Shown here: positions 27,617-38,973 of the stretch, in pieces
How positions within the stretch are numbered: the stretch's first letter is position 1
How the letters are laid out: every line of letters begins with the position of its first letter
Assembly (NCBI GenBank): GCA_002104905.1
Contig: MCFE01000524.1
Coordinates: forward strand, 1 to 62,031
Origin: Basidiobolus meristosporus CBS 931.73
Lineage: Eukaryota > Fungi > Basidiobolomycota
Direction: 5' to 3'
DNA length: 62,031 nucleotides
Translations under genes and position numbers: made by a program
The notes under the pieces: generated by a model
The model's database searches: none
The model's input: only the letters and a program-made list of their open reading frames with translations
What the model was told of the DNA's origin: nothing

Positions 27617-28081
27617 ATGAAAGGCTATCTCGGTTTGCTTTTGCTACTTGTTCTAACAACCCTGGCCAGCAGTATCCAGCCACCCCGGCTGGTCAGCAGG
27701 GATCCTGGCATGCACCCAGACGCGAAACCACCCCCCACCTGCCAAGCCGACGAACCGGCGAAGAGCGAGAGCCAAACAAGCGCTTATGGCAAAATATCTT
27801 CGGAGGGCGAGCGGTTTCTCCAGTGCTGCAGCAAGCATCTACAGTGCTACTGCGTGTGCGAAAAAAACGTAAGCAAGCAGGTGTGCGACGAAGGCTTCCG
27901 TCGCTGTGTGCAAAAGGCCTGTCTGAGTGGGCTGCCGAACGCCTCTAACTTCGAGAGGCGGCGCTGTAGCACCGGGTGGTCTTGGACTGGCCCAGGCATG
28001 GTGAGCTCTCAGGTGGCCAAATCGGTGGAATTCTCCTGCAGTCGTTACCAGCAAGTCCAAGCGACCTGCTGCTCGAGCTAA
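27617..28081 (+). CDS. Secreted Cys-rich group XII phospholipase A2-like protein, probably non-catalytic
   Basis: Signal peptide MKGYLGLLLLLVLTTLAS. CCSKHLQCYCVC...CDEGFRRC...C...C...CC follows the PLA2G12 pattern CCxxHDxCYxxC...CDxxFxxC. Confidence 0.7.
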   Translation: MKGYLGLLLLLVLTTLASSIQPPRLVSRDPGMHPDAKPPPTCQADEPAKSESQTSAYGKISSEGERFLQCCSKHLQCYCVCEKNVSKQVCDEGFRRCVQKACLSGLPNASNFERRRCSTGWSWTGPGMVSSQVAKSVEFSCSRYQQVQATCCSS

Positions 28082-28536
28082 GGCAATGCTCTTATCTCGA
28101 AGGCCTATCGACCGCATCGTCGGCCCCCATTCCTGTTCACCCCAGCCAGGAACCATATTTTGCATCATTCATGGAAGCACTGCGTGGCCATATCAGCATT
28201 GCGCCAAGTGGATGGGCATCATCACCGGTTTTTGGCAGTGGTCTTTTGCTTACGTGTGGGATCAGAGGGGAATCCAGCGATGGTATATCATGTACAAGAT
28301 ACACAATTTTAATTAACCGGATATCAAGAAATAAATGTCAATGATTCTCTATATCCACAAGAGAAAGGCATGGGTGCTATTAAGGTACGGGTAAAACGAG
28401 AATTAGGATTCGCTTGACACCACATGGGGAGCGTGTAGATATATTAATAGATGATTTGTTTTGGGTGATGTTCGCTTCAGATTACATGTGTATGGTACGA
28501 ATGTGGAAGAGAGTGCGTCAAGGAACGCGGGCTTTC

Positions 28537-29722
28537 TTATTCACGCTGGTCGCTCATAGCCAAGTCTGGAATGATGATTAGACTGTTGGGAATCAAGTCG
28601 AATTTGGCTGAAAGGGCCATAAACCGGGTGTATAGATATGTTTCGTTCTATGATGGAATTCGGTTAGTTGGATCCTAGCGATGGTGTACCCCGCATCTAC
28701 TCTTCCTTACCTCGAACTCGTCAAACACTTGACGGTGATGGAACCAGGAGTGTGCAAAGATTCGGTAGAGGCGGCGTGCTATTGACTGATAGTGCTTCTT
28801 CGAAGTTTCGTGAATGCTCATCCTTTGTTGGCAAGTGTCAGTTACCTCAAGTTGACGAAGAGGCCCATGGCAGCCTCGAGCACCTCGAGATTGCATAAGG
28901 GTGATTTACCTGCTTGGAAAATATTTGTTGCTGTTGAGAATTGCTGAGGCTCCGTCAAGAGTGTGGATTGCATAGTCGATAGCGCAACACTATGTAAAAA
29001 CCAGGTCAGTTGTGTCGGCTCAAGCTCAGCAAAAGATAGGATTCTCACCCCCTGTGGGGTCGGATGAGCCGCACAAAGATAAAGCCATTCGTCGGCCTTC
29101 ATTTCAGGGCAGCTCTCCTTTGTGCATTCCGTCTGAAGTTGGATGATTAGATAGTTGAGTTCCAAGCATATTTGTCTATCGAACAAGAACGTGATGAGCC
29201 TGTGATTAACACGTTTAGGTAATGGATGTGCCTGCTCACTTGAAATGTTCGTACTGCCAAACATCAGGGTTTTGGTTTTCCGGCACCTCAAGCAACCTGT
29301 CAATATTTTCTCGATCGTCGCGAATTATCGATTGCAGGTACTCTTGAAGAGCAAACACTGAGTCAATTTCGTCGAATGGGAGAGGCCCCCACCGGTAAGC
29401 ATCCTGGCAAGAAACAAGGCATCTGTTTAATATATATCTCAATTTGTATCCAGGGGAAAACCGAAGAAGGTTGCAGTAATCCCAATAATGCCAGCGCACT
29501 ACTGCTGAGAGCAGGACAAACACAAAAACAAGGCAATATATAGACTAGGTATAGCACCTCAAATTTTATCCCAGGCCGGTTTCTACGCGGTGCTTTGCCA
29601 AGGTTCTCCGAGCTTGGCTGCTGCAACAATTCCTTTGAAAACTCCATAGCAGATGCACTCTCTACACCGGAATTAGAGCGAGTATTTTTTAGTGTGCCAA
29701 ACAGATTGAGCGCGGCTTTCAT
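28537..29722 (-). CDS. MOB4: Phocein/Mob4 (STRIPAK Mob protein), multi-exon
   Basis: Motifs RRNRPG, DSVFALQEYLQ, VWQYEH, QICLELN, WLYLCAAH, AIDYAIHTLDG, NKYFPSR and ARRLYRIFAH; last exon NETYLYTRF...*. Confidence 0.9.
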
Positions 29723-30543
29723 GTTCCCAGGCTGGAAGTACTTTTATGTGGTTCGGAGCGTTATTGCGTTAGGGGTTAGTTGTGTTATAGGCTGCGTGTT
29801 GGAGCGGGGAGGGTATGTGTTTATCTGAGGGGAAAGGGGTGGTAGTGGGGTAGAGGCTTGAGGGTAGCAAACTCTGCCTGGTGGGTATATTGTGTTAATT
29901 AGAGTAAATCACACCTGTTGCTCTGTTAAGCAGTAGTCTAAATGCACGTAATTTCCATCATCAAGCCTAACCTGATTGTATAAATATCGTAAAGCCCGAA
30001 ATGGCAAATCCAGTATTTCTTTTGCCCAGACGAGGTTTGTTCTGTTTGCAAGAATCTGGCGTCCATGCATGGCACGGCAATATGTGAGCTGTATATGTGT
30101 ACCTGTCCGAGCGGCGGCGATTGGCCAGCGGAAACGATCCAGGACATCCAATTTATTACTGAGCCCTATGCTATGCATCGGTTTAATCAAGGCTTAACCA
30201 GCTCACCAAGGCAACGCGAGAATGAAAAAAAATCCATCTGGAAAAAACGAATGGATTCCATCCAATTAAATGAAGCGAACGCGGATTTTTTTATCGTCCG
30301 GTGAATTTTGGTTGGGGGTCCATGAAGATGAGGGGGCAATCGAGGTGGGTATTTCAGTAAACAAGAAGATCCGCTTTATCCTCCCCTTCACATCACGGAA
30401 CTTGCGTGCTGTACTCGGTCCATTATGTACGTATTTAAATTCTCGGGATTGGTTTAGCAACTGTTTACCTGAAATCGCACATTTCATGGATTGCATCCAT
30501 CGACCAACCGCTCTAACCCGCCGATGATCTTTTTGTAGTGAAG

Positions 30544-31362
30544 ATGTCTCGCTTGCCTGCTGCCCTTAATGCCACCGAGGAGGATATCCAACTCCTCCTC
30601 TCTGCCCAAGCTCACATTGGTACCAAGAACTGTGAAGTTGCCATGCAACCTTACATTTGGAAGCGTCGTGCCGACGGTATCAACCTTATCAACATCGGTA
30701 AGACCTGGGAGAAGCTTGTTCTTGCTGCCCGTATCATCGCCACCATCGAGAACCCCTCCGATGTTGTCATCATCTCTGCCCGTCCCTACGGTCAACGTGC
30801 TGCTTTGAAGTTCGCTTCCTACACTGGTGCCCAAGCCATCTCCGGACGTTTCACTCCCGGTACCTTCACTAACTACAACACCCGCTCCTTCAAGGAACCC
30901 CGTTTGGTTATTGTCACTGATCCCCGTACCGATCATCAAGCCATCACCGAAGCTTCTTATGTCAACATCCCTGTTATTGCCCTCTGCGATACCGATGCTC
31001 CTTTGAAGCACGTCGACTGCGCCATCCCCATCAACAACAAGGCCAAGCACTCCATCGGTTTGGCTTACTGGATGTTGGCTCGTGAAGTCCTTCGTCTTCG
31101 CGGCACTCTTACCCGTGACGCCGCTTGGGATGTCATGGTTGATATGTTCTTCTACCGTGACCCCGAAGAGGCCGAGAAGGAGGCTGCTGAGGCTGCCCTC
31201 GAGAAGGAAGGCAACTGGGAGGCTCCTGCCGAGACTGCTGATTGGGATGTTGCTGGTGATGTTAACCCAACTGTCGCTGCTGCTGCCACTGCTGACTGGA
31301 GCGCCGATGCCTCCGACTGGGCTTCTGAGGCTCCTGCCGGTCAATCCTCCTGGGATGCTTAA
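30544..31362 (+). CDS. RPS0: 40S ribosomal protein uS2 (S0/SA), 272 aa, no intron in CDS
   Basis: [52 protein letters not shown] and [13 protein letters not shown]; acidic W-containing tail; highly biased codons. Confidence 0.97.
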   Translation: MSRLPAALNATEEDIQLLLSAQAHIGTKNCEVAMQPYIWKRRADGINLINIGKTWEKLVLAARIIATIENPSDVVIISARPYGQRAALKFASYTGAQAISGRFTPGTFTNYNTRSFKEPRLVIVTDPRTDHQAITEASYVNIPVIALCDTDAPLKHVDCAIPINNKAKHSIGLAYWMLAREVLRLRGTLTRDAAWDVMVDMFFYRDPEEAEKEAAEAALEKEGNWEAPAETADWDVAGDVNPTVAAAATADWSADASDWASEAPAGQSSWDA

Positions 31363-32334
31363 ATTGTTAGATTTTAAGATCTTTCGATTTCGCGTAGTAG
31401 TCTAATTTGCGTGATTCAAGGTGGTTCCCTTATAATAAATATATATTAAGAACATCAATCAACATGTGTCTTTCAGTACCGCACGTAATGGGGGTTCCAT
31501 CTATGGATGGCCACTTTGCGGCGTGGCCGGTCAAATTGGGCTTGGCCGTTTGCTTGCTCGCTCCTCGAAGATTGTCTACTCTGCCCAGGATGTGCCGCAC
31601 AGAGCATTTACCCTGCCGCCTGGACAGTTTGGCCCGTGCTGGTTCAGCCAAGTCAACAGCAGAAGCAGCACGAACCTGCGATGCACGAGACGGCTGCAAT
31701 TACCAGGTTTCGCCGGGCTCGCTCGGCTTCACGGTCAGAAAGATGTACGTGAGGGAGCGTCGGCTAATCCAAACAAGTTGTTGAGCAAGGAGGAATCGTA
31801 CTTCCATGTGAACTCCATATGAAGGCAAGTGGTAGTATCAGTTGAAATCCAGTAGGGATGACATCAACCGAGGCCGGCAAGCTTGTTTCAGGGCCAAATC
31901 GTAAGCCAAATCGCCAAATTTGGATGCTTGCAATCTGTAAATGAGCCGTGTTGGTGTGAATTGTCTGGCCTAGCTTGGATTCGAGACTTTTAGCTGCTTC
32001 CTTCACTGGCAAGATATGGTTGTATCCAGATTTTCCAATCTGATGGGGTGTGCAAGTAGCTCCCATTCGATTAGTCATGTTGGAGAGTAGGTGTGCACGA
32101 TGGGCCTCTCCATTTGGCAATCAGGGTGTCGAATTTGGGGCTGCAAACAATGAATACTCCGAAGTAACTGCTGGGTATCAGCAGCTCAACCATCTAAGAA
32201 ATCGAAAAATCATTACATTAACCAGTTAGAAATTTTACATCTAAGATATCCTTAAAACTTCCTCAACCATATAAAGCCATGCGAGACTGACTTGTTCACT
32301 GTATCGCACTTGTATTCTCAAGACGCTATTCTAG

Positions 32335-33350
32335 ATGGCTCCTATAGCTACTTTGTATCTTTGTCGTCACGGCGAAACAGATCTCAACCGTAAATTGGTT
32401 CTCCAAGGCCGTGGCGTGAATGCTCCTCTCAATCACATTGGGAGTAAGCAAGCGGCTCTTCTAGGTGAATGGTTCAAGGATATCAAGGTCGACTTGGTAT
32501 GCGCTTCTACACTCACTGTAAGTAATTCAATCGAGGCATCATCACACCGCTGTTTATTCATGGTTTGCTGTAGCGAGCTCAACAAACTGCCGCTCAGATC
32601 CGCAGTCACCACCCTGATGTAGAGTATAAGGTAATTAACTGGGTCTAGGTTTAACGGCTGCGGCTCCATCCAATCGCAAAGTCTGACAGGACGGTCTTTT
32701 TACGGTTGACAGGAATATGAAGGAATTTGCGAGCTTCACTTTGGTTCCCAAGAGTGTTGTCCATTCGATGAGACCTTGAACGTTTTGCTAGAGAAATGGA
32801 ATGTTCAAAAAGATTTTGATGGTATGTCTCGTCAGTTCCAAGCACTACGTGTTGTTTTTTTATTGACGCTTCTCTGGTTTTCCATTAGCCAAGTTTGAAG
32901 GTGGCGAGTCTCCGCGGGAGGTTGAAAACCGAGCAATTCCGGTAATTGCTGATATACTCAAAAATCTCCCAGATGTAAAGCAACCGGGGGTTGCTGTAGT
33001 TAGTAAGTGTCCAACCATTGCACCTGGCAATATGAGTCTCTGTTAAGCATCGTTTTTTCTGTCCAGTCCACGGAAGACTTCTTCGAATCCTCCTCTCTAG
33101 TTTGTTATGGGGAAACCTTCATCAAATGCCGGCTATTACCCACAGTAATACTTGCGTCAACGAGCTTCATGTTTATCGAGCTGACGATCCAGATTACCAG
33201 AAGCTCGACATGGCTCAGTATCAACAGCAGGACCCTCAACACCGCGTCGATCTCCCTGAGTCTCCTCAGCGTGCACTATTAAACACGTACCGCTTTGTAC
33301 CTGTCAAATTGAACTCTGTTGAGCATTTGAAGGGGTTCGAGGTTTTATAG
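32335..33350 (+). CDS. Histidine phosphatase / phosphoglycerate mutase-like protein, multi-exon
   Basis: RHGETDLN catalytic motif, LQG, LN..G..QA, RAQQTA, GESP and a VHG motif in a later exon. Confidence 0.85.
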
Positions 33351-35635
33351 ACCAATACCTGATTTTTATAGAGTACCTTGAATTGACATCGTCTAGCCGT
33401 GGATGGTCCTTTTCCGATATTGCGGAAATAATATAGACAACACCTTGCTTCTGTAAATAATAAAGTCGAAGTAACGATCATGAAGTGCGGGCTGTATGGA
33501 TTAGCTGTTGAGCACTGGGTGTTTTTGTCAATTCGTCTTTCAGGAAAACGTCGATGAGTAGTGATTAAAGAGCTAGCATGTCTTACGTTCAAACTGAGTG
33601 CTGCAAATGGATGCATTGTGTACTACTAGATATACCGGACTCAAGACCCCTCTGAGCTTTCGGTATATTGTTCTATGGAATCTAACCACCACTGTATACC
33701 TAGTTTGATGGGTTGTTTGAGTAACTCTAGCTGATAAACAACGAGCTGAATGCGGAACACTTCCAACCTCACTGTTCAAAACTTAACTCCCCTCTCTGCC
33801 TCAGGAATGAAACAACCCATGAATAGTCGGATATACAGCAATATGTACCCTAAGTACTGGAGGCGCTACTGCACAACGCTATCGGTTGTTTTGTTCAATT
33901 GATGTTGACATTCTGGTGTATTAAATACAGCCTGGTGGCACTAAGGCTTGCAGGTGGCCCTTACGACATCGCCTGTGCCTGATAATCTTTTGAGGCAGAT
34001 ATGGTACTTCACGTTCATTGTGAACATTCTGGGAAGGCTTAATGGCATGCTAATCAACAATTTGCTACTGGTGTTGGTAGTAACTGTGTAGTGTCTAATG
34101 CCCCAGTATCGCAAGAATTATGTGGAATGGGAACACGATGCTTATTGGCCTTCGGGTTTCTCACAAATGATGATTGAGGCTTGTTATGGAAATCCAAAAT
34201 CCCAGTTGATCGTTAAGATAGCTTCCCACTATTCCTTTCAAAAATTGGTGCCGCTACGCCGCTTGGCTTAATATAGTTCATAGTCATGAATACACCTAGA
34301 TGACTCAGTAGTCAACATCATGTATAGATCGGACCACTCACAATGTTTTCCTACCTTGAGCATTGATACTGTTTAGAGTGAACGTGGTTAGGCTGAACCA
34401 CCAACAAGGATCTTGGGCACATCGATCGGATATCACCTGCAGTCAATAAAAATTAATTGAATAACAAAGCCATCAACACCAAAAATCTAGAGGAATTCCA
34501 AGATCTCGTGATAACGCTACGAAATCCTCGCCTGCTACGAATATTGACACCCACAGTTTACAATACTGAACATGCTCCTCCTATCAAGATCAGCCTCTAA
34601 GAATGAGGCTACTCGGATGTTCGGTTGATCTGCTGCGATGGCCAAGGGCCAGTTTAAACGCTCTACTTGCTAATCCATAAATGGTAGGAAGGGATGTAGA
34701 AGCCCAGTCATGGCACTTTCTAAACCTGGAACTTCTCTGAATAGTCTAGAATGCAGGGGAGGAAGGAGGCCTGCTATGGCCATGGTAGAAATCCGATTCT
34801 AGCCAGCAAATTGAAATTATGAATATCACACAATCCAATGCATGTACTAGGGGGCTACGCACTTGGTATGAGTAGACGAGGCGAATACTAAGTCAACAAC
34901 AGCTGCACCTGCACAATTTAAAGTGACCAGAAAAATGCGAGGATCATCCAGACTAGGCATCCGCTTTTTGTTTTTGGTGAGATATGTGCTTGCAGCATTC
35001 ATACACCGAGTAGCTGTGCAAATGAGGCCAAAGCCACCTTGGCATCAACAGTGTCTTATGAACTGGCGAGTGATGCATGTAGAACCTTCATCCCGCCTCG
35101 CTAAATTCCCTATTAGCCTGCTGCATTCCATGCATACAGCTAATGTTCGTATAAAGTAGTGCCTAGCATAGATGATGATCAAACTGTGATCAAATACTTG
35201 TGTTGGCCTTGAACTAGACCGAATATCCTTTTGAATCCGTATGATGAAATCGCGATGTGGCCTACTTGGATGTACTCTGGATCATAGTTGGATGGTTAGT
35301 CAAATTTCCCGAATGAGAAACCAAACTTGGGATCTGTTTGATCTGATTTCTATATATGTCACTCTGAATCAAGTACTGTGATTTAGCCAGGTATTTTGGG
35401 GGAGAGCTGGACATCTGCTACCAAGTCTCAATGGCTTTGGGTCGTGAGGGTGGAATCGAGAATTTGATATACGATCGAACGATTCCTGTGCTAATTCTTA
35501 AAGCAGGTAGAGGCAACCAGGATGATGTTGCCCTGTTCAAATCGCTCAATAAGAAAGGTCTGTGCGGCGGAAATACCTATAAATTGGCGGTTCGTTCGTG
35601 AGGGGAAAGCCCTTAACCACACCTCTACTGACCTT

Positions 35636-36253
35636 ATGGACCTTGATCAGATACTTAACACACCTGGGAGTAGAAAGTCTGTCTCGCAGACGTACTCCTG
35701 CCCTTGGCAAGATTGCTCAAAGACTTTTAGTCGCAGAGGATTACTCAACAAACATTTGAAAAAGCATGAGGAGCTAAGCGCCATGGTTGCCGATGGATTG
35801 GTCGAATTCAACCCAAAGAAGTTTTCTTGTACCTGGAGTGGATGCGAGAAACGATTCTCTCGCAAATCCCAAATGGAGCGTCACCATCGCACTCACACAA
35901 ATGATCGACCCTATGTCTGTGATATATGTAGTAAGCGATTCATTCAACGATCCGCTTTATACATCCACCTACGGACACATACTGGGGAAAAACCGCACCA
36001 TTGTGACTTCCCTGACTGCAGTCAATCCTTTTCGGACTCTTCAGCACTAGGTCGCCACAAGAAATCACACCTTGGCCTTCGACCTTATGTTTGCTATCAC
36101 ACCGCATGTGATAAATCTTTCACGAGAAGAAACGCATTGCTTAAGCATCAACGCAAACATCAAGATGATACTATATTCATGTATATACCAGAAGAAACCA
36201 AATTTATCAAATCGGTCACAACAGCACGTCTCGGTGAAATAGCCTCCAACTAA
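35636..36253 (+). CDS. C2H2 zinc-finger transcription factor (5 fingers), paralog ZF1
   Basis: Five CxxC/HxxxH fingers with TNDRPY, TGEKPH and LGLRPY linkers. ATG at 35636 (MDLDQILN) chosen by similarity to the paralogs. Confidence 0.88.
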   Translation: MDLDQILNTPGSRKSVSQTYSCPWQDCSKTFSRRGLLNKHLKKHEELSAMVADGLVEFNPKKFSCTWSGCEKRFSRKSQMERHHRTHTNDRPYVCDICSKRFIQRSALYIHLRTHTGEKPHHCDFPDCSQSFSDSSALGRHKKSHLGLRPYVCYHTACDKSFTRRNALLKHQRKHQDDTIFMYIPEETKFIKSVTTARLGEIASN

Positions 36254-37097
36254 GAATGATGTTGTTCTTGTACATTTAAATCATTACTACTGCTTTGCTG
36301 CTACCTGTTGATACAGTTATCTCATGTAATTTATTAGTCTGCTAATTAGAAAGCTAGTTATAAATATGCTACATCAGTATTTCCGGATATGTATAAATCG
36401 AGTATTTGCTGGCTGTAGACCTATATGGACACAGATCCTTCCTAAATAGGAAGGGAAGGAGGGAAGAACAATCATCAGCTTCACATCGCTTATCATTGTT
36501 GGGACCAGATCGAATTTTCAGCGTTGAATCGCTCGATTCACAGCCAACATTTTATGCCACTCGATTGAGGCGATTTTGGCATCTGGTCTTCAATTCAGAC
36601 CCCTTTTCTGAAGTCCGTGCGTGCCAAGTGCTCTATAAAACGGGTGACTATGACCACCAATAATGCCCAAATCCTACACCAAGGCGTGTGTCCGCCCATT
36701 TGCCATACTCTGAAGCGCACAACCATTCTGCGATTCGACATAAACCAGCGTTGCCAGTCGAGCGACCTTCTTCTTGCGCCATTTATTACCATCGCCATCA
36801 CCATCGCCATTGCTGTTACCATCGCCACCACCACTCTTACGATCCACATTCCTCTGCGGTTCATCCTGGCAGTCAGCCCATCAATTAGCAAGTCAGCCAG
36901 CCAGCCAGCCAGCCAGCCAGAAATCTCACCACCATCACCACCACCACCATCGATTCATCATCCAGTCAGATCACCAGATCACCAAGCATTACCTGACCAT
37001 CGGTCGAGAGAAAGCACAGCAGATATTTGGTGAGTGATCATTGCGATCAATCAAGAACCTAGCACCAATCACGGGCGAGAAGCCATATCCACATCTC

Positions 37098-37874
37098 ATG
37101 GATCTGCTAGAAATACTCAACCCATCACCAACAGATATGGATCTGGAAATGGGTGTAGCAAAGTGTGTGATCAGTGCCAGTGCTACTACCACCACTCCCA
37201 TCACTTCCGCCACCACCACCAGCATCATCACTCCCGTCTGCGGTGAGCCTATGCACGGGTCTTGCAGCACGTCAGCAGCATCCGCATCCACGTCCACGTC
37301 CACGTCCACACCCACACCACTGTTCACGGTGATGGCCACGGAGACAACCACTGACACCACCTCGTTCATGCCAAAGTCTCCATCCACACCCACACCCACA
37401 CCCACACCCACAGTTGTTGCGACATCAGATCCCGAGGCACAGCCCGGGCCAACAAAGAAGGCCGGGACATTCCGATGTACGTGGGAAGGATGTGAGAAAA
37501 CGTTTAACCGACGATCGCTACTCCAACGACATCAGTGCACACACACTGGGGATCGACCGCATGTGTGCACGATATGTGGCAAAGGGTTCGTCCAGCGATC
37601 GGCGCTGTTGGTCCACACACGAACGCACACTGGGGAGCGACCGTTTCGCTGCTCGTACGAAGGGTGTGATCAGACGTTCTCGGACTCCTCAGCGCTCTCG
37701 CGGCACAAGAAATCACACCTCGGGATCCGATCGTACGTTTGCGAGTACGCGGGGTGCACGAAGTCTTTCACCAGACGAACGGCACTGCGAAAGCATAGAA
37801 ACAAACACCTCGACAAAACGATCTTTTTCTACTCTCCAGAGAAGACGGTGTTTGTCAAGACTGGGGGAGGGTGA
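37098..37874 (+). CDS. C2H2 zinc-finger transcription factor (4 fingers), ZF2
   Basis: MDLLEILN start, Thr/Ser/Pro-rich region, four fingers with TGDRPH, TGERPF and LGIRSY linkers. Confidence 0.88.
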   Translation: MDLLEILNPSPTDMDLEMGVAKCVISASATTTTPITSATTTSIITPVCGEPMHGSCSTSAASASTSTSTSTPTPLFTVMATETTTDTTSFMPKSPSTPTPTPTPTVVATSDPEAQPGPTKKAGTFRCTWEGCEKTFNRRSLLQRHQCTHTGDRPHVCTICGKGFVQRSALLVHTRTHTGERPFRCSYEGCDQTFSDSSALSRHKKSHLGIRSYVCEYAGCTKSFTRRTALRKHRNKHLDKTIFFYSPEKTVFVKTGGG

Positions 37875-38190
37875 CGTTTGAATCATCCTGATTTTCAAGG
37901 GGGATTTCGATCGAATTGTGGCATCACCTTTGCTTTCAAACCAACGGAATCTATTGTATATATATATTTATATCAGCTGTGCTATTTGATTTATTTTCCC
38001 ACTAAAGCTGCACTAGCATTAGCTCTCATCTCACCCGACAGGATGAAAATGGTCAATTTACCTGGTGCTGCCCAACATCATGCATAATGATGGCATTATA
38101 TATAAATATACAAGCGGTAGTTACTCAAAGGATCCATTGTATTTACATTAAAAACTCAACGTTCATCCAAAAATCAAGGCGATTCAATGA

Positions 38191-38973
38191 TTACCCTCCC
38201 CCAGTCTTGACAAACACCGTCTTCTCTGGAGAGTAGAAAAAGATCGTTTTGTCGAGGTGTTTGTTTCTATGCTTTCGCAGTGCCGTTCGTCTGGTGAAAG
38301 ACTTCGTGCACCCCGCGTACTCGCAAACGTACGATCGGATCCCGAGGTGTGATTTCTTGTGCCGCGAGAGCGCTGAGGAGTCCGAGAACGTCTGATCACA
38401 CCCTTCGTACGAGCAGCGAAACGGTCGCTCCCCAGTGTGCGTTCGTGTGTGGACCAACAGCGCCGATCGCTGGACGAACCCTTTGCCACATATCGTGCAC
38501 ACATGCGGTCGATCCCCAGTGTGTGTGCACTGATGTCGTTGGAGTAGCGATCGTCGGTTAAACGTTTTCTCACATCCTTCCCACGTACATCGGAATGTCC
38601 CGGCCTTCTTTGTTGGCCCGGGCTGTGCCTCGGGATCTGATGTCGCAACAACTGTGGGTGTGGGTGTGGGTGTGGATGGAGACTTTGGCATGAACGAAGT
38701 AGTGTCAGTGGTTGTCTCCGTGGCCATCACCGTGAACAGTGGTGTGGGTGTGGACGTGGACGCGGATGCGGATGCTGCTGACGTGCTGCAAGACCCGTGC
38801 ATAGGCTCACCGCAGACGGGAGTGATGATGCTGGTGGTGGTGGTGGTGGTGCCAGTGGTGGCGGAAGTGATGGGAGTGGTGGTAGTAGCACTGGCACTGA
38901 TCACACACTTTGCTACACCCATTTCCAGATCCATATCTGTTGGTGATGGGTTGAGTATTTCTAGCAGATCCAT
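38191..38973 (-). CDS. C2H2 zinc-finger transcription factor (4 fingers), ZF3; inverted copy of ZF2
   Basis: Finger region identical to ZF2; only in-frame repeat indels (+6, -2, -2 aa) in the low-complexity region. Confidence 0.88.
   Translation of the reverse strand: MDLLEILNPSPTDMDLEMGVAKCVISASATTTTPITSATTGTTTTTTSIITPVCGEPMHGSCSTSAASASASTSTPTPLFTVMATETTTDTTSFMPKSPSTPTPTPTVVATSDPEAQPGPTKKAGTFRCTWEGCEKTFNRRSLLQRHQCTHTGDRPHVCTICGKGFVQRSALLVHTRTHTGERPFRCSYEGCDQTFSDSSALSRHKKSHLGIRSYVCEYAGCTKSFTRRTALRKHRNKHLDKTIFFYSPEKTVFVKTGGG

Noticed and set aside
21773-31822. Long antisense ORFs over DBP10 and RPS0 (e.g. 30484-31344, 23611-24327)
   Set aside because: Shadows of strongly biased codon usage in the real genes.
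36617-37037. Long upstream ORFs in the zinc-finger leaders, and their counterparts at 39034-39480
   Set aside because: Microsatellite indels shift the frame between the two arms, so no conserved protein is encoded.
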